A stretch of 64,000 nucleotides of DNA from Desulfuromonadales bacterium (GTDB lineage Bacteria; Desulfobacterota; Desulfuromonadia; Desulfuromonadales; Geopsychrobacteraceae), in NCBI GenBank assembly GCA_016931615.1, contig JAFGEL010000062.1, positions 25,837-89,836 of the forward strand, read 5' to 3'. How positions within the stretch are numbered: position 1 is the stretch's first letter; each line of letters opens with the position of its first letter. The notes under the pieces are model-generated. The model saw nothing but the letters and a program-made list of their open reading frames with translations, did no database searches and had not been told where the DNA came from. Positions 51,573 to 59,637 of this stretch are shown here, in pieces. The translations under genes and the position numbers were made by a program.

Positions 51573-51802
51573 AATGCAGATAGTTGCTCCAGAATCGACC
51601 ATTCCGATGGGAACTGGCCGGTTGCTTTTTTCGAGTAGATCAGTTGCCCATCAACGACAATTTCAAAAACCCCTCCGGATGAGGGGATCAGTTCGGCATC
51701 GATTGAGAGCTGTTTTTTTATCTTGTCCGCCAGACTGGCGGCCCGTGGCCGGTAGCCTCAACTGTTGCAGTATTCGATAGTGATTTTCACTGGTATATCC
51801 AT
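51569..51802 (-). CDS. Rdx/SelW-like selenoprotein (77 aa) with in-frame UGA = Sec at codon 15
   Basis: My own minus-strand translation is MDIPVKITIEYCNS-U-GYRPRAASLADKIKKQLSIDAELIPSSGGVFEIVVDGQLIYSKKATGQFPSEWSILEQLSAF*. The CxxU redox motif after beta-1 and the G.FE(V/I)..DG.LI.SK...G.FP motif are hallmarks of the Rdx family (SelW/SelT/SelH). The ORF track stops at the TGA (51758-51760). Confidence 0.75.
51725..51743 (-). other. SECIS-like hairpin downstream of the selenocysteine UGA
   Basis: The RNA reads UGA-GGCUACCGGCCACGG-G-CCGCC-AGUCU-GGCGG-AC. This is a 5-bp GC stem with a G/U-containing apical loop. The stem starts 17 nt after the UGA, a spacing comparable to the E. coli fdhF SECIS as I recall it. 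Confidence 0.4.
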
Positions 51803-52074
51803 AATTTGAAGGTTCTGTAAGCGAAAAGCAGGTTTGCCACCAAGACACAAAGAACGCCAAGAAAAACACAGGCAAAAGCATTTTAAAGGAGAGTCGCTGA
51901 GGTGGAGAGAAATTCTCTTATATTGGTTTAAAACCAACAAAGCTTTAGATGTTGTTTGATTTTTCTCAGTGATCTCTGTGCACTCCGTGGTAAATGTTGT
52001 TGACCTAGAATTTCTTGGAGGGTCTTGGTAGCTACGTAGCCTATGTTCTGGTTATAGGTCCGGAATTTTACGGT

Positions 52075-52746
52075 TTAGCCGAACAGGTTGCCGGTTGTGT
52101 CGATCTGGTTCGACTTTGTCGCCACTGCTTCCTGGCGGATCATGGCATGGGCATTTTCACGATTCAACTTGCCGATTTTTTTCATCAGCTCAAATGTGAC
52201 ATGCTCGAACCCGAATTGTGATTTGAGGTCTTCCACCATCTTATTCCATAACGCCGCAGCTAATTCAGCATCCGCCATTGCCCGGTGAAATTGGTCGTCA
52301 ACCGGAATCCCCTTGTAACGCACCAGCGTCTCAAGTTTGTAGTTGATCACATCTGGATACAGGCGTTTGGCAACCTGCAGGGTGCAGGCAAAGTTCAGTG
52401 GCCGCTTTTTGCTGAAATTCCACAGTTCGGCTTCAAGAAATTTCTGGTCAAATGAAGCATTGTGCGCGACCAGAGGATGAGTGTCGAGAAACTTGACAAA
52501 TTTCTCCATAACTTCGGGTGCCGAAGGGGCTTCATTGAGCATCACGTTGGTAATACCGGTGATATTTTCGATCTCCCGGGAAATCCAGGAGCCGGGATTG
52601 ATCAGGCTTGAAAAACGTTCGACAATCTCGTTGCCACGTAGCAGGACCGCTCCGATTTCAATCACCCGATCCCCTTCATCTGGGTAAAGGCCGGTGGTTT
52701 CGAAGTCAAGGACGATGATGGATTCTGAAAAAATGTTTTCTCTCAT
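52075..52746 (-). CDS. DnaQ-like 3'-5' exonuclease (DNA polymerase III epsilon family) with C-terminal extension
   Basis: The Exo motifs are VLDFETTGL (ExoI), LVAHNASFDQKFL (ExoII) and HRAMADAE (ExoIII). Length is 223 aa. Confidence 0.85.
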   Translation of the reverse strand: MRENIFSESIIVLDFETTGLYPDEGDRVIEIGAVLLRGNEIVERFSSLINPGSWISREIENITGITNVMLNEAPSAPEVMEKFVKFLDTHPLVAHNASFDQKFLEAELWNFSKKRPLNFACTLQVAKRLYPDVINYKLETLVRYKGIPVDDQFHRAMADAELAAALWNKMVEDLKSQFGFEHVTFELMKKIGKLNRENAHAMIRQEAVATKSNQIDTTGNLFG

Positions 52747-53037
52747 AGTGTTTTCTCTAGATATTTTTAAATTCTGCAGGTTTAACTCCCTGTCTCCTTC
52801 TGGGGGAGTAGCTGGACTCTGGCTAGCTAAAGAAACGCGTAGTTAATTCCCCGCTGTTTGCGGTTAGATGCTTTATTAGCTTTTATATATCTTCTTCCAC
52901 AAGAGAGCTCGTGTCAATCAGATCGATGAAAATAACTATTGTGACTTCTCATAAGTGTCTGTCGAAATTCTTTACATAGATTCTATATGAAAAAACATAT
53001 GCAATGGTTCGTTATGTAAAATCAGGCAGTTATATTT

Positions 53038-53053
53038 TGGAATGATGATTGCA
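53038..53053 (+). promoter_or_regulatory. candidate sigma-54 (-24/-12) promoter upstream of the PEP-CTERM gene
   Basis: TGGAAT-GATGA-TTGCA has the GG and GC elements at the canonical 12-nt register (consensus TGGCAC-N5-TTGCW). It lies ~80 nt upstream of the ATG. Confidence 0.4.
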
Positions 53054-53131
53054 AAGAGTTAGAATATAAGCTGTATTTGGGAGATAAATTTCAAATCTGT
53101 AACCCCTTAAAGGGAGAGAGGGAGGTAAAAA

Positions 53132-53899
53132 ATGAAAAAAATGTTGTTGGGCCTGTTAATGGCCTCGGTATTGAGCTTTGGTACAAATGCCATGGCAGCT
53201 TCATATGCGGACATCGCGTTTGTCATTGATCAATCAGGAAGTATGGGCGGAGAATTCGCTTGGCTCGGTAACAGTATCGCTGGCATCGATAATACCATTA
53301 CGAGTGATTCAGCTATCACAGATGTGAACTACGGTGTGGCAGGTTATGAAACTTATGCCGGTTTTGCGGATTCCCGTAATGCTTGGGCGGATATTACATC
53401 AGATATCAATGTCATTACTACTGAAGTCAATTCTGTTAGTACCTATGGGGGGACTGAGAGGGGTTATCATGCAGCTGATTGGGCTGCTGATAATTTCTCA
53501 TGGACCGGTGGTGCCTATGCCAAGGTCATGGTTCTTATTACTGATGAGGATGCTGATTCTGCCAGCTCGTATAGTTACGGTAGTTTGTACGGCGAAGCAG
53601 CACTGGCTCAGAAAATGGCTGATAGTAATATACTTTTGAATGTTATTACCTCAACAGGCCTTTATTATGTGTGGGATGATGCAGTTTTCGTTAACCCTTC
53701 CAACAATTTTGAAGGCCTTTTTGATTTGAATTATCTGAGAACTGATGCAGCTGGATTTACTGCGGCTTTTACAGCAGCAAAACTTGCTGAGATCATTATT
53801 GTTGACCCCAATCAACCAGTTCCTGAGCCGAGTACTTTCCTTCTTCTTGGTGGAGGTTTGGTAGGTTTGGCTTTTGCCCGCAGGAAAATGAAAAAATAA
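53132..53899 (+). CDS. vWA-domain protein with PEP-CTERM sorting signal
   Basis: A signal peptide is present. The vWA MIDAS motif is DIAFVIDQSGSMGG. The C-terminal VPEPSTFLLLGGGLVGLAFARRKMKK gives a PEP motif, a TM segment and a basic tail. Confidence 0.87.
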   Translation: MKKMLLGLLMASVLSFGTNAMAASYADIAFVIDQSGSMGGEFAWLGNSIAGIDNTITSDSAITDVNYGVAGYETYAGFADSRNAWADITSDINVITTEVNSVSTYGGTERGYHAADWAADNFSWTGGAYAKVMVLITDEDADSASSYSYGSLYGEAALAQKMADSNILLNVITSTGLYYVWDDAVFVNPSNNFEGLFDLNYLRTDAAGFTAAFTAAKLAEIIIVDPNQPVPEPSTFLLLGGGLVGLAFARRKMKK

Positions 53900-53933
53900 A
53901 ATTTCAACACTGAACTATAAAATGTAATATAAG

Positions 53934-53960
53934 AAGGGTGCTTTTGGGCACCCTTTTTTG
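53934..53960 (+). terminator. rho-independent terminator after the PEP-CTERM gene
   Basis: The hairpin GGGTGC-TTTTGG-GCACCC is followed by TTTTTT. Confidence 0.6.
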
Positions 53961-54015
53961 TTTTTACTGACCAATTTGTCGGTATTTTTTACACATAACC
54001 GAGTGTGCTGAGATT

Positions 54016-55032
54016 TTGATGAAGATAAAACGTAAACCCGGCCGTGCACCCAAAAAATACAGTCAGGCTTCACGTCTCCATGACCTGATCCGTATTCTGG
54101 AATCGCGTTACGGGGCGACGGTTGACGAGCTGGTGGAAGAATGTGGGGTGACGCGGCGGACGATTTATCGAGACCTGGAGGCGATCATAGATGCCGGTTA
54201 TCCTTTGGTGAGCGAGCGGCAGGATGACGGGCACGTACTTTACAGCTTCATTTCCGGCTTCAGTAAAATGCCGCCGATCACGTTTTCTCTTGAAGAGCTG
54301 ATGACCCTGTACCTCTGCCGTGGGCAGCTGGAATTTCTTCACGGAACACCTTTTCACGATGATCTGCAGGCGATTTTTTCACGTATCCGTTCCAACTTGC
54401 CGCCCCGCAGTGTGGCCCACCTGGAGCGGCTGGCTGAGGCCTCATCTCCCCGGTTTCTCGGCTTCAAGGATTATTCCCACCAGAGCGAGTTATTGAAACA
54501 GCTGCGCCAGGCTTTGTTGAAGCAGCATCGTTGCCGGATGAATTATCGCCCCGCCAACCGTGAACCGGCAGAATACCTGGTTGATCCTTACACGCTGCTG
54601 TTTTTCAAAAACGGACTTTATATCGGCGGTTACGCGCACAACCGTGAATCGCTCCGGCTTTTTGCTGTTGAACGTATTGAGCGCCTGGAGTTGCAGGACG
54701 AACGTTTTGAAGTGCCGGAAGATTATCGTGTCGACATGCTGACCGGCACGGCCTTCGGGTTGATCGAAGAAGGGGAAAGTCATCATCTTGAAATTTATTT
54801 CAGTTCAGAGGTTGCGCATTACATCCGAGAAAGAATCTGGCACCCGGAACAGCAGATTGAAGAACAGGAAGATGGTGCGCTGATTCTGCGTTTCAGCGCC
54901 AGCGGTGACAAGGAGATCATGGCCTGGGTCTTCTCGTTTATTCCGCATGTCCGGGTGCTGAATCCCCAACCGATTCGTCAGCAATTCACGACTGCTTTGA
55001 AAGAAGCCCTGCGGTTTCAAGCCGAAGAATGA
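54016..55032 (+). CDS. HTH-WYL-WCX transcriptional regulator (YafY/PafBC/BrxR-like architecture)
   Basis: The N-terminal HTH is ATVDELVEECGVTRRTIYRDLEAI. The WYL domain is MNYRPANREPAEYLVDPYTLLFFKNGLYIGGY..RLFAVERI. The C-terminal WCX-like segment is WHPEQQIEEQEDGALILRF. The start is TTG at 54016 or ATG at 54019. Confidence 0.85.
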   Translation: MMKIKRKPGRAPKKYSQASRLHDLIRILESRYGATVDELVEECGVTRRTIYRDLEAIIDAGYPLVSERQDDGHVLYSFISGFSKMPPITFSLEELMTLYLCRGQLEFLHGTPFHDDLQAIFSRIRSNLPPRSVAHLERLAEASSPRFLGFKDYSHQSELLKQLRQALLKQHRCRMNYRPANREPAEYLVDPYTLLFFKNGLYIGGYAHNRESLRLFAVERIERLELQDERFEVPEDYRVDMLTGTAFGLIEEGESHHLEIYFSSEVAHYIRERIWHPEQQIEEQEDGALILRFSASGDKEIMAWVFSFIPHVRVLNPQPIRQQFTTALKEALRFQAEE

Positions 55033-55058
55033 CATAATCTGTCACACGCCTGGTCATA

Positions 55059-55454
55059 ATGAAGGATAACCACAGTTTCTCAAAGGAGGAGACGATGATC
55101 TGGTTATCCTGCATCAGCGAAAAAGATTTGTATATTGACGTGCAGAATGTCAGCTGGAACTTTCAGGATTACGAGCTGTCAGCCAAGGTTCAAGGTGTGA
55201 TCGGTGACGGTGCCCGGGAAAACTGGTGTGAAATGACTCTTGGGGCTGAAGAAGCGATACAGATTTTCCCAGTCTGGAATGAAGACGGCAGTGTCGAGTC
55301 TCTGGTAGAGAGTGTTGATGAGTCTGTGCTGGGTCAACAACTGCTTGCTGAAGTCGGAAAATATCTCTACGATAAGAACCTGTTCAAACCCGTCCTTGTG
55401 GCAGAGGACATTGAACGGCAACCAAGAGAAATGAACGCACAGCTTGCGGCTTAA
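55059..55454 (+). CDS. hypothetical acidic protein
   Basis: This is a 131-aa ORF (possibly starting at MIWLS, 55095). I recognise no family. Confidence 0.35.
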   Translation: MKDNHSFSKEETMIWLSCISEKDLYIDVQNVSWNFQDYELSAKVQGVIGDGARENWCEMTLGAEEAIQIFPVWNEDGSVESLVESVDESVLGQQLLAEVGKYLYDKNLFKPVLVAEDIERQPREMNAQLAA

Positions 55455-55497
55455 CCTGTTGAATCTCAGTCAGTAGGGGGCCGAGTGAGAATGTTAG

Positions 55498-56088
55498 ATG
55501 AGACAGATCGTTTTGGCTTCGACGAGCCCCTACCGGCAAAAGTTGCTGCGCCAACTGGGTTTGCCGTTTACTACCGCTGCCCCCGACTATGCTGAAGAAA
55601 TCGATCCGAATGTCGCCCCGGCGTTGCTGGTGCGGCATCTGGCTCAGGGTAAAGCCCAGAGCCTGGTAGAACGCTATCCTGACGCCCTGATCATCGGTTC
55701 TGACCAGGTGTTCGTTGATCAGCGTGATCGACCCGTTGGAAAACCCGGCACCATGCACAGGGCATTTCTGCAGCTCAAGCAGATGTCGGGGCGCAGTCAT
55801 TGTTTTTTTACCGGTCTGGCAGTCGTTGACAGTCGCACTGGGGTTGCGCACTCCGATTTTGCTACTTTTACCGTCACGTTCAGAACCCTGAGCGATGATC
55901 AGATCAACAATTATCTGCACAGAGAACACCCTCTTGACTGTGCTGGGGCTTTTAAAATCGAAGGTCTGGGTATTGCCCTGATGGAAAAAATGGAGGGCGA
56001 TGACTATAACAGCCTGATCGGCTTGCCCTTGATCAAACTGGTGACCCTTCTGGATCAATTCGGCGTCAGTGTTTTGTCTGGTCTATGA
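55498..56088 (+). CDS. maf: Maf family nucleoside triphosphate pyrophosphatase (YceF-like)
   Basis: The motifs are IVLASTSPYRQKLL, IIGSDQV, GKP and AGAFKIEGLG. Length is 196 aa. Confidence 0.88.
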   Translation: MRQIVLASTSPYRQKLLRQLGLPFTTAAPDYAEEIDPNVAPALLVRHLAQGKAQSLVERYPDALIIGSDQVFVDQRDRPVGKPGTMHRAFLQLKQMSGRSHCFFTGLAVVDSRTGVAHSDFATFTVTFRTLSDDQINNYLHREHPLDCAGAFKIEGLGIALMEKMEGDDYNSLIGLPLIKLVTLLDQFGVSVLSGL

Positions 56089-56165
56089 GCGAAATGAGAA
56101 GCCTCTTATTTTGCTTGATTTATTCTTGAAAGCTGGTTAAAATCCCGCCAAGATATAAAAAAGCG

Positions 56166-56250
56166 ATCTACCGAAAGGGCAAAGCCGGGGTGACCCGGTG
56201 ACGCAAAGCCACGGGTCCAGTCCAGGGACAGCCGGGTTGCCGAAGAAGAT
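56166..56250 (+). ncRNA. GEMM-I (c-di-GMP-I class) riboswitch aptamer, copy 1
   Basis: The GEMM-I core is present: GGGCAAAG-CCGGG-GUGA(GNRA)-CCCGG-U-GACGCAAAGCC-ACGGG...CCGGGUUGCCGAAG. This matches the conserved GGGCAAA, GACGCAAAGCC and GGGUU(A/G)CCGA blocks of Vc2-type aptamers. Confidence 0.8.
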
Positions 56251-56295
56251 GCAGCGCATTTCTTCAAGCCTTTCATAAAAATATGACTTGAGAAG

Positions 56296-56335
56296 CGCTC
56301 ACTTCGGCAACGGGGTGAGCGTTTTTTTGTTTTTG
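56296..56335 (+). terminator. intrinsic terminator = expression platform of riboswitch copy 1
   Basis: The stem CGCTCAC-(12 nt)-GTGAGCG is followed by TTTTTTTGTTTTT. Confidence 0.7.
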
Positions 56336-56409
56336 CTATAATTGAGATGTTGATCATCTTTTTTGAAGGTTGTGTAAAGTTATCAGGTAAGTCGTAGTAT
56401 CAGATTATA

Positions 56410-56490
56410 TCTCCGAAAGGGCAAAGCCGGGGTGACCCGGTGACGCAAAGCCACGGGTCCCATTCAGGGACAGCCGGGTTGCCGAAGAGA
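56410..56490 (+). ncRNA. GEMM-I (c-di-GMP-I class) riboswitch aptamer, copy 2
   Basis: It is near-identical to copy 1 over ~90 nt, differing in a few bases in the P3 loop and P1. The P1 pairing is preserved in both copies with a shifted register (ATCT/AGAT in copy 1, TCTC/GAGA in copy 2). Confidence 0.8.
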
Positions 56491-56526
56491 ATGCAGCGCA
56501 TTCAGTTTCCAGCATCCCGGATTTTC

Positions 56527-56566
56527 AATGCGCTCATCTTCGGCAACGTTGGTGAGCGCATTTTTT
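56527..56566 (+). terminator. intrinsic terminator = expression platform of riboswitch copy 2
   Basis: The stem AATGCGCTCA-(16 nt)-TGAGCGCATT is followed by TTTT (T6 counting the terminal TT of the 3' arm). The upstream segment AGCGCATT (56495-56502) can alternatively pair with the 5' arm. Confidence 0.7.
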
Positions 56567-56601
56567 GCCTTGGCAGTCAAGAAAGGAAATCGGGGGTCAA
56601 A

Positions 56602-59600
56602 ATGAAAAGACACATTTGTTGGCAGCAGTTTTTATTGGCGATGGTTGTCGTGTTCTTTCCCTTGAACGTTTGTGCAAAGACAGTGACACTCTCCTGGGAC
56701 CCGAGTCCAAGCACGATCACCGGGTACAAAATCTACTATGCTGTGAATTCGTCCACTGTCCCCCTTGAAGGGACCGGGGCAACGGAAGGGGACTCGCCGA
56801 TTGATGTTGGGAATGTCCTCACCTTTACCATCAACGGGCTGTCTGACGCGGATGACCACTACTTTGCGGTCACGGCCACCGATGGAACCAACGAAAGTGT
56901 CTACTCCAACACAGTTCACAGCCCGCCGGTGACGAGCAGCAATAGCGCCCCGGAACTTTCTTCTATCGGGAACAAGTCTGTTCTGGAAAATGCCCTCCTT
57001 AATTTTACTGTAATAGCCAACGATGCTGATGGTGACGCTTTGACCTACGGTGTCGAAAATCTTCCGGATGGCGCCGGGTTCAATTCAACAACCGGACAAT
57101 TCAGCTGGACCCCGAATTTTACCCAATCGGGTCTTTATAATTTAGTTTTCAGTGTGACTGACGGCACCGCCAGCGATTCCGAGGCGATTCAGATTACCGT
57201 GACGGATGTTGTGAACAATCAGCCACCGGTATTGAATCCGATCGGGACTCAGACGATCGGTGAAGGGTCCCAGTTAATCTTTACCATTTCCGGCAGTGAC
57301 CCCGACGGTGATGCCTTGACCTACAGTGTGTCTGAACTCCCCGCGGGTTCATTCTTTAATCCGACGACCCGTCTGTTTAACTGGATTCCTGATTTTGACG
57401 ACTCAGTTAATACCAGGGTGTATCCCGTGACCTTTACGGTCAGTGATGGGCTTGCTCAGGATTCGGAAACCGTCACGATCAATGTGACTCATGTCAATCG
57501 TGCTCCGACGCTTGAGGCGATCGGGTCACAATCAATGACTGAATGGGACAGTTTCAACCTTGTTGTCAGCGGGTCGGATCCGGATAACGATGCCTTGACG
57601 TACAGTGCGACCGGGCTACCCGAAGGGGCTGTTTTTACTCCCTCAACCCGGTCATTCAGCTGGATTCCGGACATCAATCAGGCCGGAATCTATCAGGTTG
57701 TCTTCAGTGTCACTGACGGGCTACTGAGTGCTACGGAGACAGTCACCATGACTGTTCTCAATGCCAACGAAGCACCGGTTCTTGCCCCTGTCGGCAGTCA
57801 GTCCGTCAGCGAGGGGGAACTGCTGTCATTTGCTCTTTCGGCAACTGATGTCAACGGTGATCCTCTCAGTTACAATGCCACCGAACTGCCGTCTGGGGCA
57901 GCTTTCGACAATGCCACTCAACGCTTCAGCTGGACGCCTGACTATGATCAAGCCGGAAATTTTACTGTCGAATTCAATGTGAGTGACGGCACTCTAAGTG
58001 ATTCCGAAAGTGTTTCAATAACCGTCAGCAATACAAACAGGCCGCCCACGATCAGCGGTTCTGCGGTCAGCTCGGTGATGGCCACAACTGCTTACCAGTT
58101 TGTTCCCACGGCCGGGGATCCTGATGGCGACAGCCTGACATTCAGCATCGAAAATAAGCCGTCATGGGCAGTGTTTGATGCTGACAGCGGGGCTTTGTCC
58201 GGTACTCCGGATATGGGCCAGACGGGGACTTATCCCGGAATTACCATCACCGTATCCGACGCTGCTGCAGCGACATCATTGCCGGCCTTTGCCATCGAAG
58301 TGACCGCCTATGTTGCTCAGGATTCAGATGGGGACGGAGTTCTTGATCATCTTGATGCTTTCCCGGACGATCCCGCGGAATGGGAGGATACCGACGGAGA
58401 TCAACTCGGGAACAATGCGGACCCTGATGATGACAATGACGGGGTCGCCGATATTCGCGACGGGTTTCCTCTTGATAACAGCAGGGCTGGTTGGGTCATC
58501 ACGGCCACGGCAGGGACCGGTGGGTACATCAACCCCGACGGAGAAACAACTGTTCTCTACGGTGGTTCACAGGCCTATGAACTGACGCCTCTGGCCGGTT
58601 ACTACATGAATGATCTGCTGGTTGACGGGGTATCGGTCGGTCTGATGGAACAGTATGAATTTATCAACATTGATGATCATCATCAGATCGAAGGCGTTTT
58701 TGCACCAATCCCGACCGGGCTCAGTTATGACCCGCTGTCTATCGGATTGATCGGGGTTGATCGGGTTGACGGTGGTGATGACGCTAACAATCTGGTTGAC
58801 AATAAACCGAAGCAGGACCTCGATTATCGCTTCACTATCGTCCTGCGTGATTCAGCACCCGCTGATCAACGGCGTGTCTACCTGGTTCTGAACAGCTATA
58901 AATATCAGCTGCAGTTGGAAAACGGCGCTTTGAGTACTGGTGCTGAATATGCGCTTTCCACCCGTTTAGGTCCGGCTCACTCCCACCAGTTCCATTTTGT
59001 TGCCGAAGATCTTTCCGGAACGCAACTCTGGCGTTATCCGGCAAGCGGAGATCTGCCCGGGCCGATTGTCGAACTTTTAGACGGCAGAAACGTCATCGGT
59101 ATGGTTGCCGATATCAATGCCTACGGCCTGGATGCTCTGGAAGCCTTTGAAGACAAGATCGTTTACCGCTGGATTGCCGATTCGGGCCCGAACGGCTCAT
59201 TCAAACTGGCTGATACCGGTGCGCCTATCGCTTCGGGAGAAGGTTATGTCTTGAAGAAGGCAGTCGGAGGAACACTGCCGGACAGAGCGCTCTATGGAGA
59301 AATTACAGAGGCTGAGCACGAGATACAGCTGAACACCGGTTGGAACCTGATCAGTAACCCTTACGGCGGCAGAGTTGACCTCAGAGATGTCGGTGTGCGC
59401 GTCGGAGCTGCTGCTCCGCAGGGTTGGCTCGATGCCGTGGCAAGGAATCTTGTGGTTGATGCTGTCTACTCATACCTGGGGGAGGATTGGGGTGATACCA
59501 ACGAATTTGCCAGCGCCGGTGGAAGCGCTTCGGCCTACCTGATCCCGTGGATCGGTTATTGGATATATGTCAATCCCAATGAAGAGCCGGTTTCACTGGT

Positions 59601-59622
59601 GATTCCGAAGCCTTTGCAGTGA
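56602..59622 (+). CDS. large secreted surface protein: FN3-like domain, 5 cadherin-like/Ig-like repeats, thrombospondin type-3 Ca-binding repeats, C-terminal beta-rich region
   Basis: A signal peptide is present (MKRHICWQQFLLAMVVVFFPLNVCA). The FN3-like segment is VTLSWDPSPSTITGYKIYY. Five ~95-aa repeats show N.AP.L..IG.Q...E...L.F.....D.DGD.LTY....LP.GA.F......FSWTPD..Q.G.Y.V.F.V.DG. The TSP3 segment is DSDGDGVLDHLDAFPDDPAEWEDTDGDQLGNNADPDDDNDGVAD. The ATG at 56602 has a GAAAGGAAATCGGGGG RBS region. The track start at 56440 lies inside the riboswitch. Confidence 0.82.
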   Translation: MKRHICWQQFLLAMVVVFFPLNVCAKTVTLSWDPSPSTITGYKIYYAVNSSTVPLEGTGATEGDSPIDVGNVLTFTINGLSDADDHYFAVTATDGTNESVYSNTVHSPPVTSSNSAPELSSIGNKSVLENALLNFTVIANDADGDALTYGVENLPDGAGFNSTTGQFSWTPNFTQSGLYNLVFSVTDGTASDSEAIQITVTDVVNNQPPVLNPIGTQTIGEGSQLIFTISGSDPDGDALTYSVSELPAGSFFNPTTRLFNWIPDFDDSVNTRVYPVTFTVSDGLAQDSETVTINVTHVNRAPTLEAIGSQSMTEWDSFNLVVSGSDPDNDALTYSATGLPEGAVFTPSTRSFSWIPDINQAGIYQVVFSVTDGLLSATETVTMTVLNANEAPVLAPVGSQSVSEGELLSFALSATDVNGDPLSYNATELPSGAAFDNATQRFSWTPDYDQAGNFTVEFNVSDGTLSDSESVSITVSNTNRPPTISGSAVSSVMATTAYQFVPTAGDPDGDSLTFSIENKPSWAVFDADSGALSGTPDMGQTGTYPGITITVSDAAAATSLPAFAIEVTAYVAQDSDGDGVLDHLDAFPDDPAEWEDTDGDQLGNNADPDDDNDGVADIRDGFPLDNSRAGWVITATAGTGGYINPDGETTVLYGGSQAYELTPLAGYYMNDLLVDGVSVGLMEQYEFINIDDHHQIEGVFAPIPTGLSYDPLSIGLIGVDRVDGGDDANNLVDNKPKQDLDYRFTIVLRDSAPADQRRVYLVLNSYKYQLQLENGALSTGAEYALSTRLGPAHSHQFHFVAEDLSGTQLWRYPASGDLPGPIVELLDGRNVIGMVADINAYGLDALEAFEDKIVYRWIADSGPNGSFKLADTGAPIASGEGYVLKKAVGGTLPDRALYGEITEAEHEIQLNTGWNLISNPYGGRVDLRDVGVRVGAAAPQGWLDAVARNLVVDAVYSYLGEDWGDTNEFASAGGSASAYLIPWIGYWIYVNPNEEPVSLVIPKPLQ
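56941..58310 (+). repeat. five tandem ~285-bp coding repeats (cadherin-like modules) inside the surface protein gene
   Basis: The repeats are recognisable at the protein level (NSAPEL.., NNQPPVL.., NRAPTL.., NEAPVL.., NRPPTI..). They have diverged at the DNA level. Confidence 0.7.
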
Positions 59623-59637
59623 CAGGAGCGACGCGTC

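Noticed and set aside
51663-51940. The track ORFs 51663..51881 (-) 72 aa and 51758..51940 (-) 60 aa taken as independent genes.
   Set aside because: The 72-aa ORF is out of frame with the Rdx-like reading frame. The 60-aa ORF is just the selenoprotein N-terminus plus a spurious upstream extension ending at the Sec UGA.
53038-53053. Further sigma-54 promoters, sought upstream of htrA (30100-30310) and of the NosL operon (41973-42127).
   Set aside because: I found no GG-N10-GC element with acceptable flanks in those regions. Only the PEP-CTERM upstream site is reported.
55384-56058. A 224-aa minus-strand ORF.
   Set aside because: It is antisense to maf, which has clear Maf motifs.
56166-56490. 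A 3'3'-cGAMP (GEMM-Ib) specificity for the riboswitches, as in Geobacter exoelectrogenesis genes.
   Set aside because: The position aligning to Vc2 G20 is G in both copies (AAGGGCAAA), not A. The default call therefore remains c-di-GMP. Specificity is left as an experimental question in the finding.
56440-56601. The GTG-initiated N-terminal extension of the surface protein ORF, and the 83-aa minus ORF at 56106..56357.
   Set aside because: Both lie within the riboswitch aptamers and terminators. The signal peptide begins at ATG 56602 behind a purine-rich RBS.
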